From: Pseudomonadota bacterium
GTDB taxonomy: Bacteria > Bdellovibrionota_F > JAHFAK01 > JBDREC01
Assembly (NCBI GenBank): GCA_043820105.1
Contig: JBDREC010000031.1
Location: forward strand, 1 to 50,912
Direction: 5' to 3'
Length of the DNA: 50,912 nucleotides
Made by a program: the position numbers and the translations under genes. Numbering within the stretch: position 1 is the stretch's first letter; every line of letters begins with the position of its first letter. Below the pieces are notes generated by a model that did not search any database, was not told where the DNA came from, and worked only from the letters and a program-made list of their open reading frames with translations. Below, one piece after another: positions 9,059-18,070 of the stretch.

Positions 9059-9966
9059 TTTTTTGCTCTTTTTATATATCCATAAAGATATTTTGCCTGA
9101 GGATTTTTTGCAATCACCTCATTAATATATTCAACATATTCAGCATATCCAAAAGTTTTATGAAAAATATTAAATATAGTTTGTACCAGATAATTATCAA
9201 AAGGAGCTTCAAAAAATACATTCTTTAAATATTTAAATGAACTCTTATAATCTCCCATTTTATAATATGTAAATCCCAGCATCTTTCTAGTAAACAGATC
9301 ATCTCTTAGCAATAATAATTTTTCATATATTTCAATTGCTTTTTCAAAGTCTTCTTGTTTTTTATAAAGCCCGGCCAAATACTGCAAAAGATCAGCATCT
9401 TCCCTATACTTTGGAATCAGTCGAAGACTTTCAATTTCCTCAAGCACTTTATCAATTTCCTTACCATTATAAATGTCTGCATAATATCTGTATTTTCGCT
9501 TTGGCGGTTCCTCATTTTTTACTTCGGTATTAAAAGCTTTTTCGTTAGTAAAATCAAATAAGTTGCCAGTGATTCTTTTTAATAATTCTGTCTTTCGATC
9601 CTCTGGAAAGATCCTTTCTAAAAAATTAACAAGAAAATTAATAAAAGTTTTATCCCAATTATTTTCGGTTAATACATGTCTTTCCAATAATGATTCTATA
9701 TCGCCTGTTGCTTTGACTTTTTCAAGTAGCAAAAGATAATTTTGCAGATAGAATGAATCTTGTTTTAAAAGTTCAAATTTCATTTCAGCTTTTATGATTG
9801 CTTCTTTCATTTTTCCGAGTTTTAAAAGAACATATATCTCATTTTTCTGAAAAAATAAATTTAAAGGATACGCTGCAAGAGCATTTTCAATTATCGAATA
9901 CGCCAGGCTATAATTTTTTTCATTATAACATGATTTTATTTTTTTAATATAGTCGTTTATATCCAT
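9043..9966 (-). CDS. tetratricopeptide-repeat protein
   Basis: Repeated TPR helices (YLAGLYKKQEDFEKAIEIYEKLL; LGFTYYKMGDYKSSFKYL); 16-nt overlap with the ATPase-PglZ gene. Confidence 0.8.
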   Translation of the reverse strand: MDINDYIKKIKSCYNEKNYSLAYSIIENALAAYPLNLFFQKNEIYVLLKLGKMKEAIIKAEMKFELLKQDSFYLQNYLLLLEKVKATGDIESLLERHVLTENNWDKTFINFLVNFLERIFPEDRKTELLKRITGNLFDFTNEKAFNTEVKNEEPPKRKYRYYADIYNGKEIDKVLEEIESLRLIPKYREDADLLQYLAGLYKKQEDFEKAIEIYEKLLLLRDDLFTRKMLGFTYYKMGDYKSSFKYLKNVFFEAPFDNYLVQTIFNIFHKTFGYAEYVEYINEVIAKNPQAKYLYGYIKRAKKWEKQ

Positions 9967-10183
9967 ATAGTTCTCTTAATAATATCATAATTATAATGCC
10001 CAAAAAACAAGGCCTCATTAATGCAAAATTCCAGAAAAATTCAACAAAATTTTTTCAAAGATATCTAATCGCTTTTCATTTCCCTGGATTTCAAATTAAC
10101 CTGTTCAAATATTCCGATGATATATTTGTTAATGTACTTTCATAAGGTTGTCAAAAATATTATCCTTTATTTTTTAATAGCCC

Positions 10184-10315
10184 TCACCCTGTAAGCACCA
10201 GACTCAGCCCGCTAACCAGAATCAGTATTAACATGATGGTTTTCTGGATTTTGTCACTTATTCTGCCTGACAAGCTGCTGCTAAAAATAATTCCGGGAAA
10301 GGAGTCAAAAAGCAT
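10184..10315 (-). pseudogene. 3' remnant of a second, divergent TauE/SafE gene
   Basis: Translates SFPGIIFSSSLSGRISDKIQKTIMLILILVSGLSLVLTG*, which aligns to the adjacent TauE C-terminus SFPGILLGSYISTTINDRVLKIIMLLLILTSGFSLIFMS*. Confidence 0.7.
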
Positions 10316-10354
10316 TAAACCCTCAACAACAAGAAACAACTCATTTCTTTTAAT

Positions 10355-11134
10355 TTAACTCATAAATATCAAACTAAACCCACTTGTCAGAATGAGTAAA
10401 AGCATAATAATTTTCAAAACTCTGTCATTAATCGTTGTAGAGATATATGATCCAAGCAAAATACCTGGAAATGATCCGATAGATAAGAAAATCGCTGTTA
10501 ACAATTTAATATTACCGCTTAATAAATAAACAAAACCTCCAGCAAAAGACAGGACCAATGAGATAAGAATACTTGAACCCACTGCTTGGCTTGCTCTTAT
10601 TCCCAGAATGCAAATGAGAATAGGAATTACAAATACACCACCACCAATTGAGGTTAAGCCTATAATACTACCAGTGAAAAAACCAAATATAATTAACAAG
10701 AATAAGGACTTTTTGCTAAGCTCAAGATTCATACTATCTGTGCATTGGTTTTTCAGGGTCTGCTTTCCCAAAATAAGGGCTGAAATTAAAATAATAATGC
10801 CCATTAAAAGCTTAAGATAATAATCAATTGTTACTTTATCATAAATTGAATAAAAATGATTGAGCAGATTAGAAAACGTGACAAGACCAGGAAAGGCTCC
10901 AATCAGGAAATATATACAGGCTTTATAATGAATGTTTTTTAGTTTTGAATGACTTAGACTTCCAAATATTTTGGTGATAAAAATAAAGACTAAGCAGGTG
11001 CCAACAGATACAACTGGCGCCAAACCAAAGCCATGTATTAAAACAGGATTTAATAAAATCGCCCCACCAATTCCGGTTAGGCCAATAAAGCTGGCTAGCA
11101 CAAATCCGACAAATATTTCTAAAATTATTTCCAT
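10355..11134 (-). CDS. sulfite exporter TauE/SafE family membrane protein
   Basis: Two GLTGIGGA / GLTSIGGG..P repeats and about 8 hydrophobic segments; start placed at ATG 11134 just after the cysQ stop. Confidence 0.85.
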   Translation of the reverse strand: MEIILEIFVGFVLASFIGLTGIGGAILLNPVLIHGFGLAPVVSVGTCLVFIFITKIFGSLSHSKLKNIHYKACIYFLIGAFPGLVTFSNLLNHFYSIYDKVTIDYYLKLLMGIIILISALILGKQTLKNQCTDSMNLELSKKSLFLLIIFGFFTGSIIGLTSIGGGVFVIPILICILGIRASQAVGSSILISLVLSFAGGFVYLLSGNIKLLTAIFLSIGSFPGILLGSYISTTINDRVLKIIMLLLILTSGFSLIFMS

Positions 11135-11135
11135 A

Positions 11136-11939
11136 TTATTTGATGATAAAATCCTTGTTAATAAGATCTTCTCTATTATAAAGCATTTCTTTGCCCGTTG
11201 AACTATCAACAACAAACTTGCCAGCCTCATGACAAATAACTTGGCCCGCGGCCGTATCCCATTCCATTGTTGGACCAAACCTTGGATAAATATCAGCTTG
11301 GCCTTCTGCCACTAAACAAAACTTTAAGGAAGAGCCAGCCCTAATAAGCTCAATTTCACCATGATCTTCTTTTAGCATATTAATAAACGCTTCAACTTCT
11401 TTTGAATAATGAGAAAGACTAGCTACAGCTGTGTATTTTTCTTTTTCATATTTTAAAGGAAGCTTAGTAGCATTATTTATCAGGGAATCAAAATCTTTAA
11501 AGCTAAAATCATTAAGATCGATTTTAAAGCTTCCAAAAGCAAGCATTCCAAAATATAAAACATTAGTCACAGGCACAAAAATCACACCTAAAATTGGCTT
11601 ATTACCTTTAACTAAAGCAATATTAACAGTAAACTCACCATTTCTTTTTATAAACTCTTTTGTTCCATCGAGCGGATCAACAATCCAAAGATAAGGCCAA
11701 GCTTTTCTTTCTTTAAAAGAAATACTTTGCCCTTCTTCACTTAATATTGGAATTTTTTTCCCGTCAACCTCTGTTGCCTCAAGACTTTTACAAATAAGCA
11801 AGTGCGAGTTTTTATCAGCTATAGTTAAAGGAGATTTATCTTCTTTAATTTCAACCTCAAAATCCCTTTGATAAACATCAAGAATTTCCTGGCCTGCTTC
11901 AATCGCTGCTTTTATCGCAATTAATAATAAAATTTTCAT
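11136..11939 (-). CDS. cysQ: 3'(2'),5'-bisphosphate nucleotidase CysQ
   Basis: SPLTIAD, ILSEE, WIVDPLDGTKEF, GSSLK, YPRFGPTMEWDTAAG. Confidence 0.95.
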   Translation of the reverse strand: MKILLLIAIKAAIEAGQEILDVYQRDFEVEIKEDKSPLTIADKNSHLLICKSLEATEVDGKKIPILSEEGQSISFKERKAWPYLWIVDPLDGTKEFIKRNGEFTVNIALVKGNKPILGVIFVPVTNVLYFGMLAFGSFKIDLNDFSFKDFDSLINNATKLPLKYEKEKYTAVASLSHYSKEVEAFINMLKEDHGEIELIRAGSSLKFCLVAEGQADIYPRFGPTMEWDTAAGQVICHEAGKFVVDSSTGKEMLYNREDLINKDFIIK

Positions 11940-11954
11940 GTTTTATCCCCTATC

Positions 11955-12028
11955 GTCATTCTAAACTCGTTTCAAAATCCAGCGGGCTTATGCTTACTCT
12001 TGGGATCCTGAAACAAGTTCAGGATGAC
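11955..12028. repeat. REP-like inverted pair (GTCATCCTGAACTTGTTTCAGGATCCC family)
   Basis: Degenerate left copy 11955-11980; right copy gggatcctgaaacaagttcaggatgac at 12002-12028 is identical to 45789-45815. Confidence 0.75.
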
Positions 12029-12048
12029 ATCCCAGTGCTCTCACTCTT

Positions 12049-12093
12049 CTCCTGCGCTCTTGTTCCCCTGTTCCCTTATTCCCTTGCGCTCTT
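12049..12093. repeat. octamer tandem micro-array abutting the cysN stop
   Basis: ctcttgtt cccctgtt cccttatt cccttgcg ctctta; same family as 24830-24869. Confidence 0.65.
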
Positions 12094-13900
12094 ATAAAAC
12101 AACACCCTTTTCCAGCAACAACTCCTTAACTTTGCACACAGATTCAAGTCTATCCTTATTATCCTCAATATGAAGATCTATATTTAAATCAGTTGTCACA
12201 TTTTTTCCAACCCAAACAGTTTCTAAAACACCTAGGCCAACAATAGTTTTGATCATTTCAATTTCATTTTGTGTTAATTCCTGGGCTGTAACAATTAATA
12301 AAATACCAGAATCAAGCATTATATTTGCAACTTCAGCTAGACGTCTAATGTGCTCATGCCTGTTTTCGGGATTTTTTTCTTTTGGAATGTCTGCGTCAAG
12401 GCCATGTATAATATTTCCGAGTCTTAAAAAATAAACAATTCTACCATCCATGAAAAGTTGTTTTTCTAGGATTTTAGCAAGATCCTTTCTGCCAGTTCTT
12501 TTTTCCCCAGTTATAATAATCATCTTGGGTTTTTGCTTATATTGCTGGGCTCGCAGACCTCTTGATATTTCTCCAATTTCCCAGTTTATGTTTCTTAGCT
12601 TTACATTATCTCTGATTGATTTTTGTGAATCTTCAATTTCTTCTATAATAATACCGCCACCAGATATTTCGAAGTTTTCACTGAGTACAAAGCGGCTTGT
12701 TTGCTTGCATGCAGACAATAAATCAAAGGCAATCTCATTTGCACATTTAAAAATACATTCACCTACTTCATATTTTTCAATAACCTTAATATCTTTTTTT
12801 TCTAAGTTTGAAGAGTTAATAACACTCAAGATGTTTTCAACTTTTACAGGTACTTTTGTAGTACACAATTTTAGCAAATATTCATTGCCAATTGCTATTG
12901 GTTTTTTACCAAGCCAAAAAACATTTGCTTTAAATTTTGTTGAAACCCTTGGCCCTTGTTCACCCAGTTTTACTGCTAAATCACCTCTTTTAATATAAAC
13001 TTGTTCTTCTAAAGTAAAACCAGTGGCTGATAAAGCTCCGTCTTCTTTCTTAATTGCTCCTTGAAAATATTCGATAGTTTTAACTTTGCTTTTTTTTAAA
13101 GAAGGATAGAACATGATTGTATCACCAATTGCATATTTGCCTGTTTCAATTGTTCCAGCTATGATACGCCTATTATCACCGTTTTGAGTAAACTTATAAA
13201 CACCTTGAACAGGCATTCTAAAGGCTTTGTCTAGCTCTGACTGCTCTGCATCAAAAGTATCTAAAATCTCTAAAACTGTTTTGCTATTGTACCAGTTCAT
13301 TTTATCAGATAACTTAGAAACACAATCACCCTCAATTCCACTAACTGGGATAAAGGTCCTTGCTTCAATATTAACATTTAATAAAAACTTTTTATATTCT
13401 TTAACAATAGAATTATATTTATTCTCATCATAAGCAATTAGGTCCATTTTATTTATTAGCACTGCTACTTGCTTTATGCCAAGCATGGACAATAAATATG
13501 CATGCCTTTTAGAATTTGCCTGAACTCCTTCTTTTGCATCAATGACCAGTAAAGCTGCTTCAGCCCGACTAGCCCCTGTTACCATATTTCGTAAAAACTC
13601 AATATGCCCAGGAGCATCTATAATAATATATTTTCTTTTTTCTGTTTGAAAAAAAACCCTGGCTGAATCAATTGTAATACCTTGTGCTTGCTCATCTTTA
13701 AAAGCATCCAGCAAAAAAGCATATTCAAATGGCTTAGAATTGCGACGACAGCTTTCCCTAACTATTTCAAGCTTCCCTTCGGGCAAAGAATCACTATCAG
13801 CTAAAAGCCGCCCAATAACAGTACTTTTACCATGATCAACGTGTCCAACTATAACTATGTTTAAATGTTCTTGCTTGCTAAAATTACTCTCAATAGTCAT
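12092..13900 (-). CDS. cysN: sulfate adenylyltransferase large subunit CysN with degenerate C-terminal APS-kinase domain
   Basis: [23 protein letters not shown] GTPase motifs. The C-terminal kinase-like domain has a degenerate P-loop (GEKRTGRKD) and [10 protein letters not shown]. Confidence 0.9.
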   Translation of the reverse strand: MTIESNFSKQEHLNIVIVGHVDHGKSTVIGRLLADSDSLPEGKLEIVRESCRRNSKPFEYAFLLDAFKDEQAQGITIDSARVFFQTEKRKYIIIDAPGHIEFLRNMVTGASRAEAALLVIDAKEGVQANSKRHAYLLSMLGIKQVAVLINKMDLIAYDENKYNSIVKEYKKFLLNVNIEARTFIPVSGIEGDCVSKLSDKMNWYNSKTVLEILDTFDAEQSELDKAFRMPVQGVYKFTQNGDNRRIIAGTIETGKYAIGDTIMFYPSLKKSKVKTIEYFQGAIKKEDGALSATGFTLEEQVYIKRGDLAVKLGEQGPRVSTKFKANVFWLGKKPIAIGNEYLLKLCTTKVPVKVENILSVINSSNLEKKDIKVIEKYEVGECIFKCANEIAFDLLSACKQTSRFVLSENFEISGGGIIIEEIEDSQKSIRDNVKLRNINWEIGEISRGLRAQQYKQKPKMIIITGEKRTGRKDLAKILEKQLFMDGRIVYFLRLGNIIHGLDADIPKEKNPENRHEHIRRLAEVANIMLDSGILLIVTAQELTQNEIEMIKTIVGLGVLETVWVGKNVTTDLNIDLHIEDNKDRLESVCKVKELLLEKGVVL

Positions 13901-13940
13901 TTTTTTCCTTTAGAAAAATACACACTAAACATAAGCCCTC

Positions 13941-14000
13941 TCGTATTTTCTTACTACTTGAACTATTACTAAATACGTAATACGAAATACGTAATACGAA
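13941..14000. repeat. heptamer tandem micro-array (AATACG[T/A] x4) with short inverted partner
   Basis: aatacgt aatacga aatacgt aatacga at 13972-13999; tcgtattt at 13941-13948. Confidence 0.75.
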
Positions 14001-14008
14001 TTTACTTC

Positions 14009-14890
14009 TCACATATACCCATCTTTCCTCAATTCCTCCAAGCCCCCAGCATCTTCTTTGTCCTGCTCCCTCCCTGACCTCTCTGCGATATTTGAAAACT
14101 TTCCAGTTTTTAATTCCTCTATAATCTCAGAAACATCTTTAGCATCAGATTCAACGGGAGATGTGCAGGGATAACAACCAAGGGATCTATACCTTTTGCC
14201 TTCACCTTGATTAAAATACAAAGAAACCATTGGAATTTCTTCCCTTTGAATATATTCCCAAATATCAAGTTCTGTCCAATCAAGAAGCGGATGGATTCTA
14301 ACGTGGGTTCCTTTTGCAAAGTCAGTTTTAAATTGATTCCAAAACTCTGGTGGTTGCTGGGCTATTTCCCAGTCATTATTAATATTTCTTGGCGAAAAAT
14401 ATCTTTCCTTTGATCGTGACCCTTCTTCATCTGAACGAACACCAACAATCACACCAGTAAAAGCTTCTTTGTTATTATCAATTTCATATTCTTGGGAATC
14501 ATGATTCAAGCGAAACCGTGGCCAGGTTCCTGCTAGAGTATGTTTTAATGCTTCTGTTTTTAAAACCTTGCAGCAGTCTATTCTATTTAACTTCCCATCA
14601 GGATAAGTGTTTTTTTCGCTTAAAGCCTTTGTATTCATCCCATAGATCATGTCGATCTTCCATTCCCTTGCAAAAGCATCACGATATTCTGTCATCTCGG
14701 ATATTTTATAGTTTGTATCCACGTGGATTAATGGAAATGGAACGTGTCCATAAAAAGCTTTTCGAGTAAGCCATACAAGCACAGTGCTGTCTTTTCCAAT
14801 AGACCAAAGCATGCCCAAATTTTTAAAATTAGCATATGCTTCTCTTATAATATGAACTGATTTATTTTCTAATTTTTGTAAATTCTCCAA
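14009..14890 (-). CDS. cysD: sulfate adenylyltransferase small subunit CysD
   Basis: WSIGKDS, RSDEEGSRSKER, RIHPLLDWTE, RYRSLGCYPCT, ERSGR, GYM. Confidence 0.95.
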   Translation of the reverse strand: MENLQKLENKSVHIIREAYANFKNLGMLWSIGKDSTVLVWLTRKAFYGHVPFPLIHVDTNYKISEMTEYRDAFAREWKIDMIYGMNTKALSEKNTYPDGKLNRIDCCKVLKTEALKHTLAGTWPRFRLNHDSQEYEIDNNKEAFTGVIVGVRSDEEGSRSKERYFSPRNINNDWEIAQQPPEFWNQFKTDFAKGTHVRIHPLLDWTELDIWEYIQREEIPMVSLYFNQGEGKRYRSLGCYPCTSPVESDAKDVSEIIEELKTGKFSNIAERSGREQDKEDAGGLEELRKDGYM

Positions 14891-15401
14891 AATTATCTCC
14901 TAAATACTTTAAAATTATTTCAGCAGCTTCATCTATACTATATTTTGCAGTATCAATAGTAATTTCTGGGTTTACAGGAGCTTCGAAAGGATCACTAAAA
15001 CCCGTAAAGTTAGCTATATCACCATTTCTAGCTTTTCTATATAAGCCCTTAACATCTCGTTTTTCGCAATCTTCAAAAGAAGTTGAGACATACACTTCAA
15101 TAAAACTTGAACAAAGGTTTCTTACAAAATTTCTGGATTCAATATATGGAGAAATTAAAGAAACAATAGGAACAATTCCATGCTTTTCTAAATAATGGGC
15201 AATAAGTCCAACTCTTTTAATATGCGCGTCTCTTTCGCTTCTTGTAAATCCAATTTCAGGGAAAAGCTCTCTAATTGCATCTCCATCAAGATTTTCATAT
15301 TCAATTCCCAGAGAGTCAAAGTTTTTCATAATTGCATTAGCTAAAGTACTTTTTCCAGAACCTGATAATCCAGTAAACCAAAGAACAAAACTTTTAGTCA
15401 T
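14862..15401 (-). CDS. cysC: adenylyl-sulfate kinase CysC
   Basis: WFTGLSGSGKST, LDGD, ISPY, RDVKGLY, NFTG..DPFEAP. Confidence 0.95.
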   Translation of the reverse strand: MTKSFVLWFTGLSGSGKSTLANAIMKNFDSLGIEYENLDGDAIRELFPEIGFTRSERDAHIKRVGLIAHYLEKHGIVPIVSLISPYIESRNFVRNLCSSFIEVYVSTSFEDCEKRDVKGLYRKARNGDIANFTGFSDPFEAPVNPEITIDTAKYSIDEAAEIILKYLGDNFGEFTKIRK

Positions 15402-15580
15402 CTTTTCTCTTCATTTATTGTTTATAATGAGATCCTTAAAACCCCCTTTTTTTATTTATTAAAGGGCTCAGTCCAGCCATTTTCTTGTTTATAATGTCAA
15501 TTCGCGATTTAAAACATGATAATAATAATTGTCAATCCATTATATTTAAGCATTCCCCCTCTTTTCCCTCGCTTTCTTAA

Positions 15581-15610
15581 TTGACTTAAGTTTTATTAAT
15601 TTATTATACT
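15581..15610 (+). promoter_or_regulatory. sigma70-type promoter for the ExeA-like gene
   Basis: TTGACT (15581-15586), 18-nt spacer, TATACT (15605-15610). Confidence 0.5.
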
Positions 15611-15644
15611 GTGCCTACATCAATATACTGTGAAAATGACTTAA

Positions 15645-16694
15645 ATGGATTATTTAGATTATTATAGCTTTAGAGAAGAACCCTTTTCAAATTCACACGT
15701 TCCTAAATTTTTTTATAATAGCACAGCTCATAGCCATGCTTTGTTAAAACTTCACCATGCAGCCAATGCAATGAAAGGCTTAGCTGTCTGCATTGGGGAT
15801 ATAGGAACAGGAAAAACTACTTTAGCTCGAATGCTACTTGATAAGCTTCATGGATCGATTTTTCATTCATCTATGATTGTTATTGTTCAGGCAAACGTTG
15901 ATCCAACTTGGTTTTTTAAAAGAATTGCTTTTCAGTTAGGCATTGATGACCCTTCAGATCATAAATCAACCTTGATGAATCAAATTTACACCAGACTTTT
16001 TGAATTACATGATCTTGGCAAAAAACCAATTGTTATTATTGATGAAGCTCAAATGCTAAGAACCAAGGAAATAATGGAAGAAATAAGAGGCATTCTGAAC
16101 CTTGAAGTTCCTGGCAAGCGTTTGATAACCTTTATTTTATTTGCCCTTCCTGACCTAGAGCGCTATTTAAGACTTGACCCACCTCTTGCTCAAAGAGTGG
16201 CAATGAAGTTCAATCTTTCATCTCTTGATATCAATTCAACACATGAATATATTAAATTACGCCTTGATAAAGCAGGTGGTTATGAAAACTTATTTACATC
16301 AAAGGCGATGGATTATGTTTATAAATATTCAAAGGGAACTCCTAGATTAATAAATATAATATGTGATAATGCCCTTGTAGAAGGCTCCCTATTTAAAGCA
16401 AGATTTATTGAAGAAGATATAATTGCAAATGTAGCTCAAGAATTAAGCTTTAGCATTGATGCAAGCGCTGATTATACAAAACAGAAAGAAGATTACAGAA
16501 ACAATCCTCATACCTTTATAGATACCAATGATTCCTTAGAAGATAAAATTCTTGAAAGAATAAAAAGAAGAATCGCCAATAAAATAGCCAATTCGAAAAA
16601 ATCCTATACTAGTTATCAAGAACCCCGCGAAAGAAAAAGTCGAAGACCAGATTTTGATGATTTGGATATTGATGATATAATTTCTAAACTATAA
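15645..16694 (+). CDS. ExeA/GspA-like AAA ATPase
   Basis: Y...F..EPF N-terminus, GDIGTGKTT, IIDEAQML, SKGTPRLINIICDNAL. Confidence 0.85.
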   Translation: MDYLDYYSFREEPFSNSHVPKFFYNSTAHSHALLKLHHAANAMKGLAVCIGDIGTGKTTLARMLLDKLHGSIFHSSMIVIVQANVDPTWFFKRIAFQLGIDDPSDHKSTLMNQIYTRLFELHDLGKKPIVIIDEAQMLRTKEIMEEIRGILNLEVPGKRLITFILFALPDLERYLRLDPPLAQRVAMKFNLSSLDINSTHEYIKLRLDKAGGYENLFTSKAMDYVYKYSKGTPRLINIICDNALVEGSLFKARFIEEDIIANVAQELSFSIDASADYTKQKEDYRNNPHTFIDTNDSLEDKILERIKRRIANKIANSKKSYTSYQEPRERKSRRPDFDDLDIDDIISKL

Positions 16695-16696
16695 TT

Positions 16697-16726
16697 TAAT
16701 CCTAATCCTAATCTTAATCCTAATCA
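16697..16726. repeat. hexamer tandem micro-array (TAATCC x5) between convergent genes
   Basis: taatcc taatcc taatct taatcc taatca. Confidence 0.75.
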
Positions 16727-17854
16727 TATAGCCTTATTCAACACATCTCTTCTCTTTTGTTTTGCAATAGCAAGATCTATAAGCTTTGTCAGAAGCTTAG
16801 AATAAGATAAACCCGATGCTTCCCAAAGCTTTGGATACATGCTTATATTCGTAAAACCTGGAATAGTATTTAATTCATTCAAATAAATCTTATTGGTCTT
16901 TTTTTCTAAGAAGAAATCAACCCTTGCCATCCCAGAAACAGCGCAGGTTTCATAGGCTTTAATAGCCAATTTTTGAATCTTATTGATTATTTTTGAATTT
17001 AATTTAACTGGGACAACGAGTAAAGCACCCTGTTCATCTATATATTTTGCATCATATGAATAAAAGTCATGACTTGGTATGATCTCACCAGGCAAAGAAC
17101 AGACAGGATCTTCATTTCCCAGAACTGAGCACTCTATCTCTCTTGCAAAAATTGCTTTTTCAAAGATAATTTTATCATCAAATTTGAAAGCAAAATTAGT
17201 ATATTTCTTGAACTTTATTTCAGAATCAATTTTAGAAATCCCTACTGAAGAACCCAAATTACAAGGTTTTACAAAGAATACTTTTCCTAATTTTTTCGAA
17301 ACAAATTTATAATCTATTTTTTTATCCTTCCACTGCTTATTGTTGAGCACTATAAAATCAGGAATTTGTAAACCAGCTTGACGTAATAAACGCTTAGCTA
17401 CATCCTTGTCCATGGCCACTGCAGATCCAAGCAAACTAGCTCCAACAATTGGAACATCAAAAAGCTCCATATAACCTTGAATAGTTCCATCTTCACCATA
17501 AGGTCCATGCAGCACTGGAAAAACAATATCAATAACTTTATTCAAATATTTTATTTTTTTATCTTTATCCTCAGCAAATAACAGTTTTTTTATTTTAGGA
17601 TCATAAATTACTCGCTTCTGTTTTTCAATTTTTAGTCCAATAGTCTTAGGATTTCCAGGATTTATTAAAGCTTTTTTAAGGTTTTCATAATAATACCAAT
17701 TCCCTTCTTTATCAATTCCAACAAGGATGGGATCAAATTTATTTGTATCTAAATATTTATAAACTGACTGAACTGATTGCAGAGAAACCTCGTGTTCGCA
17801 TGAGCGACCACCAAAAAAAATCACAACATTAATCTTATTTTTTTTAGTATTCAA
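16724..17854 (-). CDS. ddl: D-alanine--D-alanine ligase
   Basis: GGRSCEHEVS, PVLHGPYGEDGTIQG, GSSVG, FYSYDAKY, ARVDFF, NELNTIPGFT. Confidence 0.95.
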   Translation of the reverse strand: MNTKKNKINVVIFFGGRSCEHEVSLQSVQSVYKYLDTNKFDPILVGIDKEGNWYYYENLKKALINPGNPKTIGLKIEKQKRVIYDPKIKKLLFAEDKDKKIKYLNKVIDIVFPVLHGPYGEDGTIQGYMELFDVPIVGASLLGSAVAMDKDVAKRLLRQAGLQIPDFIVLNNKQWKDKKIDYKFVSKKLGKVFFVKPCNLGSSVGISKIDSEIKFKKYTNFAFKFDDKIIFEKAIFAREIECSVLGNEDPVCSLPGEIIPSHDFYSYDAKYIDEQGALLVVPVKLNSKIINKIQKLAIKAYETCAVSGMARVDFFLEKKTNKIYLNELNTIPGFTNISMYPKLWEASGLSYSKLLTKLIDLAIAKQKRRDVLNKAI

Positions 17855-18005
17855 ATTTTACCTCAAAATTAGCAATTATGTAAAAACAAGCAATATCTAA
17901 ACTTTATTAAGCCTTAAAATTAAGTCAAGTTAAAGTCTGAAATGGCTTAATATTATTGACTTATTTTACGCAGCCAAATATTAATTTATAAAGTACAAAG
18001 AACTC

Positions 18006-18054
18006 TGGTAAGTAAAAAGCAACTTACCACTTACCGCTTACCACTTACCACTTA
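18006..18054. repeat. heptamer micro-array CTTACC[A/G] x4 with inverted TGGTAAGT arm
   Basis: Seen directly; lies just before the AGGAG RBS of the ABC1 gene. Confidence 0.8.
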
Positions 18055-18070
18055 TTTTAAGGAGCCTGAC

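Noticed and set aside
4394-9966. Complete canonical BREX system
   Set aside because: No pglX/pglXI, brxA, brxB, brxF, brxL, brxH or brxP in the window.
10021-10143. Possible further gene remnant upstream of the TPR gene
   Set aside because: All minus frames are short and interrupted, with no recognisable homology.
11135-11278. 48-aa N-terminal extension of TauE
   Set aside because: It overlaps cysQ in another frame; ATG 11134 follows the cysQ stop.
14009-14890. CysD as a DndC/SspD/BrxP phosphorothioation enzyme
   Set aside because: It has canonical CysD motifs and is paired with CysN and CysC; no cysteine desulfurase is nearby.
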